In this document: in pieces, positions 55,147 through 64,000 of the stretch
Layout of the letters: the number at the start of each line of letters is the position of its first letter
How positions within the stretch are numbered: position 1 is the stretch's first letter
Assembly (NCBI GenBank): GCA_963782915.1
Contig: CAWALK010000012.1
Location: forward strand, 352,001 to 416,000
Reading direction: 5' to 3'
Length of the DNA stretch: 64,000 nucleotides
From: an uncultured archaeon
Lineage (GTDB): Archaea; Thermoproteota; Bathyarchaeia; Bathyarchaeales; Bathycorpusculaceae
Notes under the pieces: generated by a model
What the model saw: only the letters and a program-made list of their open reading frames with translations
The model's database searches: none
Told to the model about the DNA's origin: nothing
Translations under genes and position numbers: made by a program

Positions 55147-56979
55147 CTATTTTCTGCTGTTTTTTAGCTTGATGGTAACTGCAAGCAATGTGGCAAAAAG
55201 TACTGGTAATATTATGATTGATGTGAATTCGGGCGCGATGGGTGTAGCGGTTGGTGTTGAAGACGGGTTGGAGGGTGTAGAACTTGGTGGGGTGGATGCG
55301 CTGGAACCTGAAGGGGAAGGTGATGGTTGATTTTGAGTGAAGGTAGCTGTAACTGTTTTGTTAGTATCCATAGTGATTGTTGTGTTGCTTGCCCCGGAAG
55401 CGTCGCCGCTCCAACTGCTAAAAGTCCAGTCTTGAGCGTTAATGGCTGATAGGCTGACAGTTGTTCCAGGAGTAAAACTTTGGTTGCCGGGATAAACAAA
55501 TCCACTGCCCACAGTGATAATAGTCAAGTCGTAGGGGATCTGAGTGAATGTGGCAGTTACTGTTTTGTCGTTGTTCATTGTGATTGAAGTGTTGCTTGTA
55601 CCTGAGGCATCTCCGCTCCAGCCGTTGAAAATCCAGCCGTCAGCCGGTACAGCAACCAAATCTACAGTGTCTCCTGACATGTACGTCTGATTGCCAGACG
55701 ATATAGTTCCTTGACCCACAGTGCATGTAGTTAAATTATAATTAATTCGCCCATTGTTATCCGTTAGAATTAACCAGTATTGGTTGGTTGTTAAACTGTT
55801 ATATGATTGTGATTCGCCGCCCAAAGCATAACCGAAAGGTGTCTGGATTATGTTCCAGCCTTGGTCATATTCTATTCCGCCGAATGTTTGATTCCATTCC
55901 ATATTTCCGTTCTTATCTATTTTAAGTAACAAAAGGTCGTTGTGATTTCCCGTAACGGTTATGAAACCTGTTAATGCATATCCTACATCCGATGTCCTGA
56001 TAAAATCGTTAACTCCACAGTAGGCATTTTCTCCGTATGCTCGGCTCCAAATCACAGTACCGTTCTCGTCAACGTTAACAAGCCAACAGTTACTTTTGTT
56101 AGGACCCCCAATGGATCCTACCACGGCAAAACCCGTAGATGTCCTTAAGATTCCACGAAAAGTACTACTCGCATTGGCTTCTCCGTAGGTTTGGTTCCAA
56201 AGTTGGTTGCCTTCTGAATCCACCCTAATCAACCAGCCTTTAAAACCCGATTGAGAAGTGTTAGTACTACCTGCTATTACATAGCCTTTGTCAGCGGTTT
56301 CAACCACTCCATAAGCAACATCCCAACCATTATAACCGAAGTATTTACTCCATTGCATGTTTCCTAATGAATCCGTTTTTACGATAAAAAAATCGTAACT
56401 CCCCGCTCCATAGGAGTCAGTACAACCGATTACCATATAGCCGCCATCAGAGGTTTCGATAAGATTCATGCCGTAATCAGTACCTGTTCCTCCGTATGTT
56501 TTCATCCACTGTTGGGTACCGTTCTCGTCAATTTTAACCAACCATACATTGGCATCGCTGAGGTTTGTTCCATAGGAGCTAGAATAACCCGTAAATGCGT
56601 ATCCTCCATCAGAACAATTAACTATACTATACGCAAAATCGGCACCTATAGAGCCGTATGATTTGTTCCATTGCTCAACTCCTGCTGAATCCACTTTAAC
56701 AAGCCAAGCATCAAAAAATGTTATTGGTATATTCAATTGGTTACCTGCGATAACGTATCCTCCATCGGTGCCCATGGCTAACCCATAACTCGAACATGAG
56801 CTACCGTTACTGTATGTCCAATTTCCATATGTTGCAGAAATAAGTGGTTGATAAGCTGCGTCAGAGGATATTTTGGCAGGGTCTTTGGTTGCTGAAACCA
56901 TATTTTCCGCTAAATTCAAGCATAAGGATAATGTTAGTATACAGAAAATGAGTGTTGTAGCGATTTTATTTGCTTTCAT
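55147..56979 (-). CDS. Surface protein: beta-propeller repeats + InlB B-repeat-like domains + PEF-CTERM
   Basis: Repeated DGGY..G...D.WLVK.D..G..QW.K.YG; F.GWSGDASG x2; APEF-TM-KK. Confidence 0.85.
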   Translation of the reverse strand: MKANKIATTLIFCILTLSLCLNLAENMVSATKDPAKISSDAAYQPLISATYGNWTYSNGSSCSSYGLAMGTDGGYVIAGNQLNIPITFFDAWLVKVDSAGVEQWNKSYGSIGADFAYSIVNCSDGGYAFTGYSSSYGTNLSDANVWLVKIDENGTQQWMKTYGGTGTDYGMNLIETSDGGYMVIGCTDSYGAGSYDFFIVKTDSLGNMQWSKYFGYNGWDVAYGVVETADKGYVIAGSTNTSQSGFKGWLIRVDSEGNQLWNQTYGEANASSTFRGILRTSTGFAVVGSIGGPNKSNCWLVNVDENGTVIWSRAYGENAYCGVNDFIRTSDVGYALTGFITVTGNHNDLLLLKIDKNGNMEWNQTFGGIEYDQGWNIIQTPFGYALGGESQSYNSLTTNQYWLILTDNNGRINYNLTTCTVGQGTISSGNQTYMSGDTVDLVAVPADGWIFNGWSGDASGTSNTSITMNNDKTVTATFTQIPYDLTIITVGSGFVYPGNQSFTPGTTVSLSAINAQDWTFSSWSGDASGASNTTITMDTNKTVTATFTQNQPSPSPSGSSASTPPSSTPSNPSSTPTATPIAPEFTSIIILPVLFATLLAVTIKLKNSRK

Positions 56980-57322
56980 CTTAGCGCCGACTACAATTTA
57001 AGTTGGTATTTGATCACGTAATACATAAAAGGTTAACTCAAAAACCGCTGCTTATCTTAGCCGATGAAAAACCGGATAATAAACCCGATCAATAGAGCCT
57101 CTATAGATTATTTGTGGAAGCATTAAGAGCGCATTCCCTGATCAATAGTGATTGCCCATAAATGTTAGACAAATTGGCTGGCGAATCAGCGTTTAACTAT
57201 CCACATAGTTTTCGCCACTTCTAACGTCCCTTGTTAAACGCTAGATTCGACCAGCAATAAATCTTTTCCAAACAAACTCTTGGCATAAAGTTGACGACTC
57301 TAAAGTAACACAAGCAGTTGAA

Positions 57323-57655
57323 GCATAGAAGGGGAGGGGAGGTACCTCTGAGACAGGTAGGTCCTCTTGTTGCTGCTTTTTATAGGGGATAGGGCGGTCT
57401 TGGCAGAGCAACAAACCCCTATCTAAGTTGACTTCGGCACTGCTTGCGAAAAGCGCCATAACCAGCCAGCAAACCCGCACGAACGCCGAACCCAAAACAG
57501 ACACACCAATTTAAACGGACACAGCCAAAAACAAGTGCCCAAACAACACATTATTTACCCAACAAACGCCCATCAACCAGCACTCTTACCTAACACACAC
57601 TGAAGCCTGCCAAAACAGCGTATGCAACCGTTGAGCCTATAAATAAGGGGGATAG
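57323..57655 (-). repeat. Three further copies of dispersed motif (57323-57355, 57378-57416, 57634-57655)
   Basis: e.g. TATAGGGGATAGGGCGGTCTTGGCAGAGCAACAAAC; AGCCTATAAATAAGGGGGATAG. Confidence 0.65.
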
Positions 57656-57729
57656 AGAAAAAAATCGCACGTAAGAGCATCCGCTTGGATGTCATCAAAA
57701 ATAAAAACCCCCGAAACTCATTTTCTATT

Positions 57730-58116
57730 ATGACAAAAGCACAAGAAAAACAGCAAACAATAGACGAAGTATTAAACAGCCTAAACCCCCAACAGAAAGA
57801 AACCCTCCAAAACCTCCGCCAACTCATCAAAAACGCCGTTCCCGAAACCGTTGAAGTAGTCAAACAGGGCAAAATCACCTACAAACTCGAAGGCAAAGAC
57901 TTCGTATGGATAACCAATTACCAGCAACATGTTGACCTCGAATTCGCGATGGGCAGCAGCCTCTCCTCAGAATTGCTCAAAAGCCGAGGCGTGGCTGAGC
58001 AAAGCCAAAACGTGCGCCATGTCGCGGTAGGAAATTATGTGTTGGTTAAGCCTGAGTTGGAGCGGCTTGTTCGGGAAGCAGCAACATTAGGTTTCGAGCA
58101 CTGCACAACCAGATAA
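57730..58116 (+). CDS. DUF1801 (YdhG-like) protein
   Basis: TIDEVL...LRQLIKNAVPE..E...HVDLEF..G. Confidence 0.8.
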   Translation: MTKAQEKQQTIDEVLNSLNPQQKETLQNLRQLIKNAVPETVEVVKQGKITYKLEGKDFVWITNYQQHVDLEFAMGSSLSSELLKSRGVAEQSQNVRHVAVGNYVLVKPELERLVREAATLGFEHCTTR

Positions 58117-58256
58117 CTGCTTGGTTTTGGGTCTAGGAAGCAGACTTAACAGCTTGCACACTGCACTTCGCAAAACAGCAAAGCCGTCTTCACAAAATTA
58201 GCGAATTTGCTTTCTTAAAAAGTGTTAATTTGGCATAGCGCTAAGTAGGTTTCCAA

Positions 58257-58598
58257 GTGATTGGTATGGAAGCGAATGCATGTTATGGTTGCCGGTTTGG
58301 TTCCATAAAAATCGACATCTTGGCACCCGAAGACATTGACCAGAAAGAATTAGTCGGGGAAACAAAAAAGTTTACAACACACATCGCTGAAGCAACCAAA
58401 CACAAACGTATCCACTATTCAGTAACTACTAAACCCCAAAAAGCCTCTAACATAGACTTCAACGTTAACTGCACCTGCATCCTAAACGTGAAGAAACATG
58501 ATTGCTCAAACTTCAATCATGCCCATAACCTAAGAATAAAGCATCTTGACCGCCAGAGTAAACTGCCTCACTTAGAAGTTACGCAACGGTTTTGGTAA
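58257..58598 (+). CDS. Hypothetical Cys-containing protein
   Basis: 113-aa ORF with CYGC, CTC. Confidence 0.5.
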   Translation: MIGMEANACYGCRFGSIKIDILAPEDIDQKELVGETKKFTTHIAEATKHKRIHYSVTTKPQKASNIDFNVNCTCILNVKKHDCSNFNHAHNLRIKHLDRQSKLPHLEVTQRFW

Positions 58599-58642
58599 TT
58601 CTAAATTCTATTTCTTGGATCGGATTTAAAAATTTAAATCGC

Positions 58643-58834
58643 TTACAGCAGCGCCGAAGCCACCAAAGCCAAAACCAACCCCACCACAACTACACCGACC
58701 ACTATGCCAACGTTTGAGAGCATCCGGTAAACTTGCCCATTCTTACGCAGTTTCCAGAGAACCAATTCAACAACAACAGCAAAAACCACAACAAACAGTA
58801 CGGAAAGCGGGAAAGGTATCAGCCCAAACGCCAC
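58643..58834 (-). CDS. Small membrane protein
   Basis: Two hydrophobic helices. Confidence 0.45.
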   Translation of the reverse strand: MAFGLIPFPLSVLFVVVFAVVVELVLWKLRKNGQVYRMLSNVGIVVGVVVVGLVLALVASALL

Positions 58835-58847
58835 AGCAAACCATTCC

Positions 58848-59834
58848 TCAGATTGTGTTTATGTCGCCTTTTAGCACTGGGTCGCCATCACGGTAGCTAC
58901 AGCGGATACCAAACTTTCTGACACATTCCAAACACAGATTCGGATCGCACAGTGTGGTGCTCAGATACTTTTCGCCGCCATCTGGAGCAATGCAGACGAT
59001 TACGCCTTCTTTGAGTTCTTTGGCTTTCTGCATGGCAACATGGAAGATTGCGCCTGAGCTTGGACCCACAAAAATTTCTTCCTGCAAAGCCATCAACCTT
59101 GCCGTTTCATCCGCAACTTTCGGGTTAACATACGCGATTTCGTCAACGAGTTTAGGATTCCAAATCTTTGGGATATGCTGCGTTTTTAGGTCCTTTAAGC
59201 CCTGAATGGCTGTGCCTACTTCGGGTTGTACCCCAATAATTTGGACTTTGGGATTGTACTCTTTTAGGCGCTTAGAAATTCCCATTAAGGTTCCTGTAGT
59301 GCCCATGCCAGCCACTAAATGGGTGACTTTGCCGTCTGTGTCCCGCCAAATCTCAGGTGCAGTCGTTTCATAATGCGCTAAAACGTTGGCTTGGCTTGCG
59401 AATTGGTTGGGCATGAAGTATTTGTTTGGGTTTTTAGCGGCGATTTCTTTAGCTAAATCCTCTGCGCCATCCATCCCTTTAGCGCCATCACTAAGCAGCA
59501 CCTTTGCACCCAAAGAAATCAGCATTTGCCGCCGTTCCATACTCATGGTTTCAGGCATAACAATCACCGCATCATAGCCTTTAGCACGGCAGACCAATGC
59601 GATGCCGATGCCTGTGTTGCCGCTTGTAGGTTCAATAACGGTTTTGCCGCTGGTTAATTGCCCTGTTTTTTCGGCTTGCTCAATCATGTAGAGTGCGATG
59701 CGGTCTTTTATGGAGCCGCTTGGATTAGCTTTTTCGAGTTTAACGTACATTTCAAGGTCTGGGTTTGGGTTTAAGCGTTGGATTTTGACGAGGGGTGTGT
59801 TGCCGATTAAGTCGAGGATAGTTTTTGTGTTCAA
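58848..59834 (-). CDS. PLP-dependent cysteine synthase family protein (CysK/CysM)
   Basis: IGNTPLV, NPSGSIKDR, PTSGNTG, GMGTTGT, GPSSGA, PDGGEKYLST. Confidence 0.93.
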   Translation of the reverse strand: MNTKTILDLIGNTPLVKIQRLNPNPDLEMYVKLEKANPSGSIKDRIALYMIEQAEKTGQLTSGKTVIEPTSGNTGIGIALVCRAKGYDAVIVMPETMSMERRQMLISLGAKVLLSDGAKGMDGAEDLAKEIAAKNPNKYFMPNQFASQANVLAHYETTAPEIWRDTDGKVTHLVAGMGTTGTLMGISKRLKEYNPKVQIIGVQPEVGTAIQGLKDLKTQHIPKIWNPKLVDEIAYVNPKVADETARLMALQEEIFVGPSSGAIFHVAMQKAKELKEGVIVCIAPDGGEKYLSTTLCDPNLCLECVRKFGIRCSYRDGDPVLKGDINTI

Positions 59835-59964
59835 CTGTTTGCACCTTGAAGTGGTGATAGCTAAGCAGTCTGTATTAATAAAATATTACCAAAATGCCAA
59901 AATAACGTTAAACAAAATTTTTTGCGATGAATCCTTTACGAAGAAGACCCAAAAATTGGGGGAA

Positions 59965-61296
59965 TTAGGTGTGTTTTGTGTACACCAACACAAACGTTAA
60001 TGCAAGGACCAGTACACCGACCGCTATTATTAACGCTGAGGTTAAGTCTGAAATTTGGTTTGTAGGTTGTGTGGTTGGGGTGGCTGTTGGTTGATCTGTA
60101 GGTGATTCAGTTGGCGTTGGCGTTATGGTTTGTGTGGGTGTTGGAGTTGGGGTTGGTGCGGCGGTTGGTTTGGGTGTGGCTGTGGGGTTAATGGTTACTG
60201 TTGGATTGGGTGTGTTGGTGGGTTCGGGGGTTGGTGTTGGTTGTGTGCTTGGGGTGGGTGTTGTTGTTGGACTTGTTGTAGGTGTAGGAGTTGGAGATGG
60301 TGTCGGGGTTGGGGCAGTTGTTGGTGTAGGGCTGGGTGTTGGAGTTGGTGTAGGCGTTGGGGCTATTGTTGGAGTGGGTGTTGGGCTTGGGGTTGGTGTC
60401 GGAGTAGCGGTTGGTGTTGGTGTAGGAGTTGGCGTTGGTGTGGGTGTTGGGGACGGTGTAGGACTTGGAGTCGGCGAAGGCGTAGCCGTGGAGTAGGAGA
60501 TGGCGATGGTGTAGGTGTTGGGGTTGATAGCGGCGTTACGTCAAAGAAAACGTCACTCAACGTCTTGACCGTATAGCCATTGCCAGCCAGATAAGCCATC
60601 TGTGCTGCGAAGTTATCGATTGTAACTGTCTCGTCAGCAGTGTCAGTATTGTCTATTCTATGGTAGAGTAATATGGCGATGTTTGAGCCCTGGACATTGT
60701 ACAGGGTTGATTCGAAATAGGGTAAATTGGTTGTGATTCCAATGGGATCAGAGTTTAGGGCATAATAGTCCAATGCTGGATTGCTTAGGTCAATGGGTCC
60801 ATCTACTGTTCCTCTTGCAATAAGATAACCCGCATCTTTCACGGCTTGTTTTACTGTATCGTTATCGAATCCTAAACCTTCAGGGTAAATCAAAGCTCCC
60901 GCTTGAATGCCATGTGTGCTCCAAGATTTGCTTACTATTTACTAATTCCATGTGTAATACTGAAGTGCTTACGTTTATGAGGTCTAAGTGGCTGTAGGTG
61001 TGGCTTTCTATGTCATAGCCGGTTTTTGAGAGGGTTTCTATCTGTGCCCAGGACATGTAATCTGGATATTTACCGTCGATGGCTTTTGGGTAAATTGCGA
61101 AGCTTGCTTTGAAACCATAGCTTTCTAGGATGGGTAAAGCGTTTGTGTATTGGCTGATCCATCCATCATCAAACATGAGGACAACTACTTTTTCGGTTGA
61201 TGCCGGAATTTTCGGCGCTAACGTGACTGTTGCTTGCACAGTAATCAAAGAGGCAAGCATGATTACGATGAATAGGATTCCTATTTGACGTTTCAT
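59965..61296 (-). CDS. Polysaccharide deacetylase (NodB-like) with long Pro/Thr linker and TM anchor (frameshifts)
   Basis: LMFDDG, ESHTYSH, IYPEG, LLYH; PT repeats ~60060-60530. Confidence 0.85.
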
Positions 61297-61559
61297 ATTT
61301 TTTTCTCTCCCTTCCTTGTTTTCCTGATGTCTTCCATGCTGTCAAGCGGAGGATGTCCTGTTGGCCAATGGAATGACATAAGGGCACCGTTGGTCGGTTG
61401 TGTAGTACATGGTTCGAAAAGGAGTTATAAAAATCTATTGCATATTTTAGGATAATAAACAATTAAACAAAGGCGTTATCTACAGACAACCAAAAGCTCA
61501 CTAAACTGCTCTATCTCAGGGGCAAACTCTCAAAAAACAAGGCAACACGCGATTATCGA

Positions 61560-61784
61560 CTAAAGTCCCGTTAGAAGCCTCAATTCTTCATCGATCACTC
61601 TAATCCGTTGTAGTGCATCAAAATTTATTTGCTTCCAATGATTAACACTTTCAGGCAATTTTTCATTTTTAGTGGCGTCTTCGGACATTTTAAGAATTAT
61701 TGCCCATTCACGTTTGCGTTCCTCAAGAAAACAAATCTTCACGTTTTCAGGTAAAGACTCAGGTAATAACGTTTTAAGCATCAA
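61560..61784 (-). CDS. Hypothetical protein (probably extends to ~61950 via frameshifts)
   Basis: Coding-like frame continuity upstream. Confidence 0.45.
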   Translation of the reverse strand: MMLKTLLPESLPENVKICFLEERKREWAIILKMSEDATKNEKLPESVNHWKQINFDALQRIRVIDEELRLLTGL

Positions 61785-62368
61785 TAACCAACTCCATTTC
61801 TAAAAATACTCGTGGAAGGCAAATGCTTCAAAAGGGCGATTGCCCCAATTCTAAACAATTGTCTGCACTTCCGCCCTGATAGCTTTCTAAATGCCAATTC
61901 TGGATGAGGCGATCTTAAAACTATTTTTCAGGTATTCGCACTGTACTTAGCAAGGGTAGACACAACCAAAAAACGACTGAAAACCAACTTTCAAGCCGTG
62001 AACTTACAATATAGGTATAATTCTATTCAATTTATTTAACATTTTGCTACGAAAACAGGGGAGCACTAACTCTAAAAACAACAAATTGCTGATAAAACAA
62101 TGCATGCCATGCCTATTAGAAAAAATGAGGTGTACAAATAACTCGCATGGAAGTCCAAAAATATCATTTAGTAATCAAACAAGTTAGTTTATGCGTTGCC
62201 GAAAAAGAGTGAAATGGGCTATCTTCCTGCGTAGGATGTTCAAGTCCTGCCTCTGCCAGACATTTTTAAATTAAACTGGAGTTTGGCGGCTGGTGGGTTT
62301 GTTATTGTCTTGTGATAACACGATTTGGAAAAAGAATGGAAAGTAATAGCAGCTAAGATAGTTGCCTA

Positions 62369-62647
62369 TTACTTGTGTTCTTTGAGAACAGTCATCGGTG
62401 AAGTGCTAGTTTCCGCGATGCCCGGCATAGCCCTTAAGACCTCGCCTATAAAGTGAAGGCTATTTTCGTTGCTGTCGGCTTTGAAGAAAAGAACGAAATC
62501 CCAATATCCATACAAGCTCCAAGAAGACTCCACCATTACTCCCTTCATTGGTTCAGTAGGCATCTTTTGGAATGCTTCCCAGAATTCGCCGCCCTTCCCT
62601 GAAACTGTTTTGATTAGAACTTGATATTTGTTCATTGTTTTTTCCAT
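62369..62647 (-). CDS. Stand-alone Lrp/AsnC ligand-binding (GYD-like) domain protein
   Basis: SLYGYWDFV...LRAMPGIAETST. Confidence 0.78.
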   Translation of the reverse strand: MEKTMNKYQVLIKTVSGKGGEFWEAFQKMPTEPMKGVMVESSWSLYGYWDFVLFFKADSNENSLHFIGEVLRAMPGIAETSTSPMTVLKEHK

Positions 62648-63400
62648 TTAAAACACCTTTCTTATTTTTTGTTGAGTCATGCCTTTAAGACTCTGTGATT
62701 GCATAACACCAACCACAACCGCTCAACCACCTAAACTAAATCAGGCTATAACTTTTGCAATTGGGCCGTTTTAATATGAAGTAAATAACGAATGACTTCT
62801 TTTCATTTGTTGCTTTGGGAGAGGCAAACCGAATAAGCGCGGGTGACCATTAGTCACTGTAAGGGGGTAATCAAAATCAAGAACAAAGCAAAGAACAAAC
62901 CGAAAAGCGAAGTAAAAGGCCAAACAAAAAACAAAGGCAAAAAAGCTTGGAAACAACAGTAAAAACGCACTCAATGCGTTGGTAATGGCAGTCTAAGGCT
63001 ATGTCTTTTCGTGGCCTATTCCCATTGCCGGTCTTAGCAGAAAAGGTTTAACTCTGTATAGAAAAACGTTGTCCGCAATCAAGAATGGGTTGAAACGGCG
63101 TATCTATATTATTCTGTGGTTCAAGTACAGCCTTCGAATCACACTTTTTCAGAACAGTTGGGTTGAGTTGTGGACTCTTGTAGTAGTTAAAATCGTTCGG
63201 ATGATTCTGTTTTATAGTGCAAGATTTAATTGGTTTCACATTTTTCAGGTGTGTTTTTTATTCATGCATTGCCCGCTAACTTTTCAAACAGGTTAGCAAC
63301 TTATTGTAACCTGATCGATGTGTAACATACAGAAATAATAGGGTATTATACGCAAATGTTTTATGTGCTAGTGCTCCAAATTAGAATGTGGAGATGCAAG

Positions 63401-63709
63401 ATGCCAAGTGCATATGTATTATTCAATATCTCCCCCGGTTTTGAAGACGCAGTTCTACAAGAAGCTAGAAAAACAGGCGGAATACAAGAAGCATACGTTT
63501 CTTATGGCGTCTACGACTTGATTGTTAAAGCCACAGCTAAGTCAAATGAAGAACTAAAAGAATTAGTGATGTTCAGACTGAGAAGAATCCCAAACGTGAC
63601 GGCTACATTAACGTTAATGCTAAACGACCAACAAATCCCCATAATAGGGCCAACCAAACGAAAAGAATCTCATCCGCAACTTCCGCCAATAGCCCCCCTT
63701 ATTCATTGA
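63401..63709 (+). CDS. Stand-alone Lrp/AsnC ligand-binding domain protein
   Basis: AYVLFN..PG.E, YGVYDLIVK, LRRIPNVTATLTL. Confidence 0.88.
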   Translation: MPSAYVLFNISPGFEDAVLQEARKTGGIQEAYVSYGVYDLIVKATAKSNEELKELVMFRLRRIPNVTATLTLMLNDQQIPIIGPTKRKESHPQLPPIAPLIH

Positions 63710-63712
63710 GGG

Positions 63713-64000
63713 TTAATGTGGCTGGACTGCTTTTCTCTGCAAAAACGTATTCACTGAATCAATGAGTGTTTCGCATGCGAACCAACGTTCCTCCAAGGAT
63801 ACATCTGTCTCTAAATCCTCAATTTTTTTCTGGAACTTCTTGATATCCTCAAGCACCGGTTCTTTTCGCTTGTCAAATTCTTCCCGAAGTTTCTTCTGAG
63901 CTTGCTTTAAATCAAGCATTGCTAGTTCAAGCTGAGTTTGTTTTTCCGTTAGTTCTTCAATTATCGCGATTTCTCGGCGTTCTCTCTCTTTTTTGGAAAC
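63713..64000 (-). CDS. C-terminus of coiled-coil hypothetical protein
   Basis: Charged helical ORF running off window. Confidence 0.55.
   Translation of the reverse strand, partial: VSKKERERREIAIIEELTEKQTQLELAMLDLKQAQKKLREEFDKRKEPVLEDIKKFQKKIEDLETDVSLEERWFACETLIDSVNTFLQRKAVQPH

Noticed and set aside
60060-60576. GV-repeat and Cys/Trp-rich ORFs on + strand; possible tandem-repeat array
   Set aside because: Antisense of the Pro/Thr linker of the polysaccharide deacetylase
62860-62965. A-rich quasi-periodic tract
   Set aside because: Low-complexity, units not conserved enough to define a repeat

Overview
Archaeal chromosomal segment, most likely Bathyarchaeia (archaeal 23S rRNA, rpl14e, cbf5, egsA, PEF-CTERM and PQQ/InlB-repeat surface proteins, multi-PAS histidine kinases). 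Many genes, including essential egsA, are broken by single-base indels, so frameshifts are treated as probable sequencing errors. Contents: a housekeeping block (FKBP PPIase, egsA, L14e, Cbf5, methyltransferase); an atypical tRNA-Thr(UGU); a solitary CdnE-like CD-NTase; an unlinked 23S rRNA gene with a BHB processing stem, bracketed by two nested inverted pairs of a dispersed ~40-bp motif; a DUF72 tandem; three paralogs of an uncharacterised secreted family; a tRNA-Arg(CCU) with a BHB intron at position 9/10 that is the target of tandem decayed SSV1-type (split-integrase) islets carrying a PAS kinase and CorA; tRNA-Leu(UAA) with a 22/23 intron; a circularly permuted family-5 solute-binding protein; a GH63-like glucosidase; a larC-larE/larB cluster with a Ni/Co ECF transporter behind two NikR-like boxes; cysteine synthase; and a polysaccharide deacetylase. 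All calls were made by eye, with no database searches.
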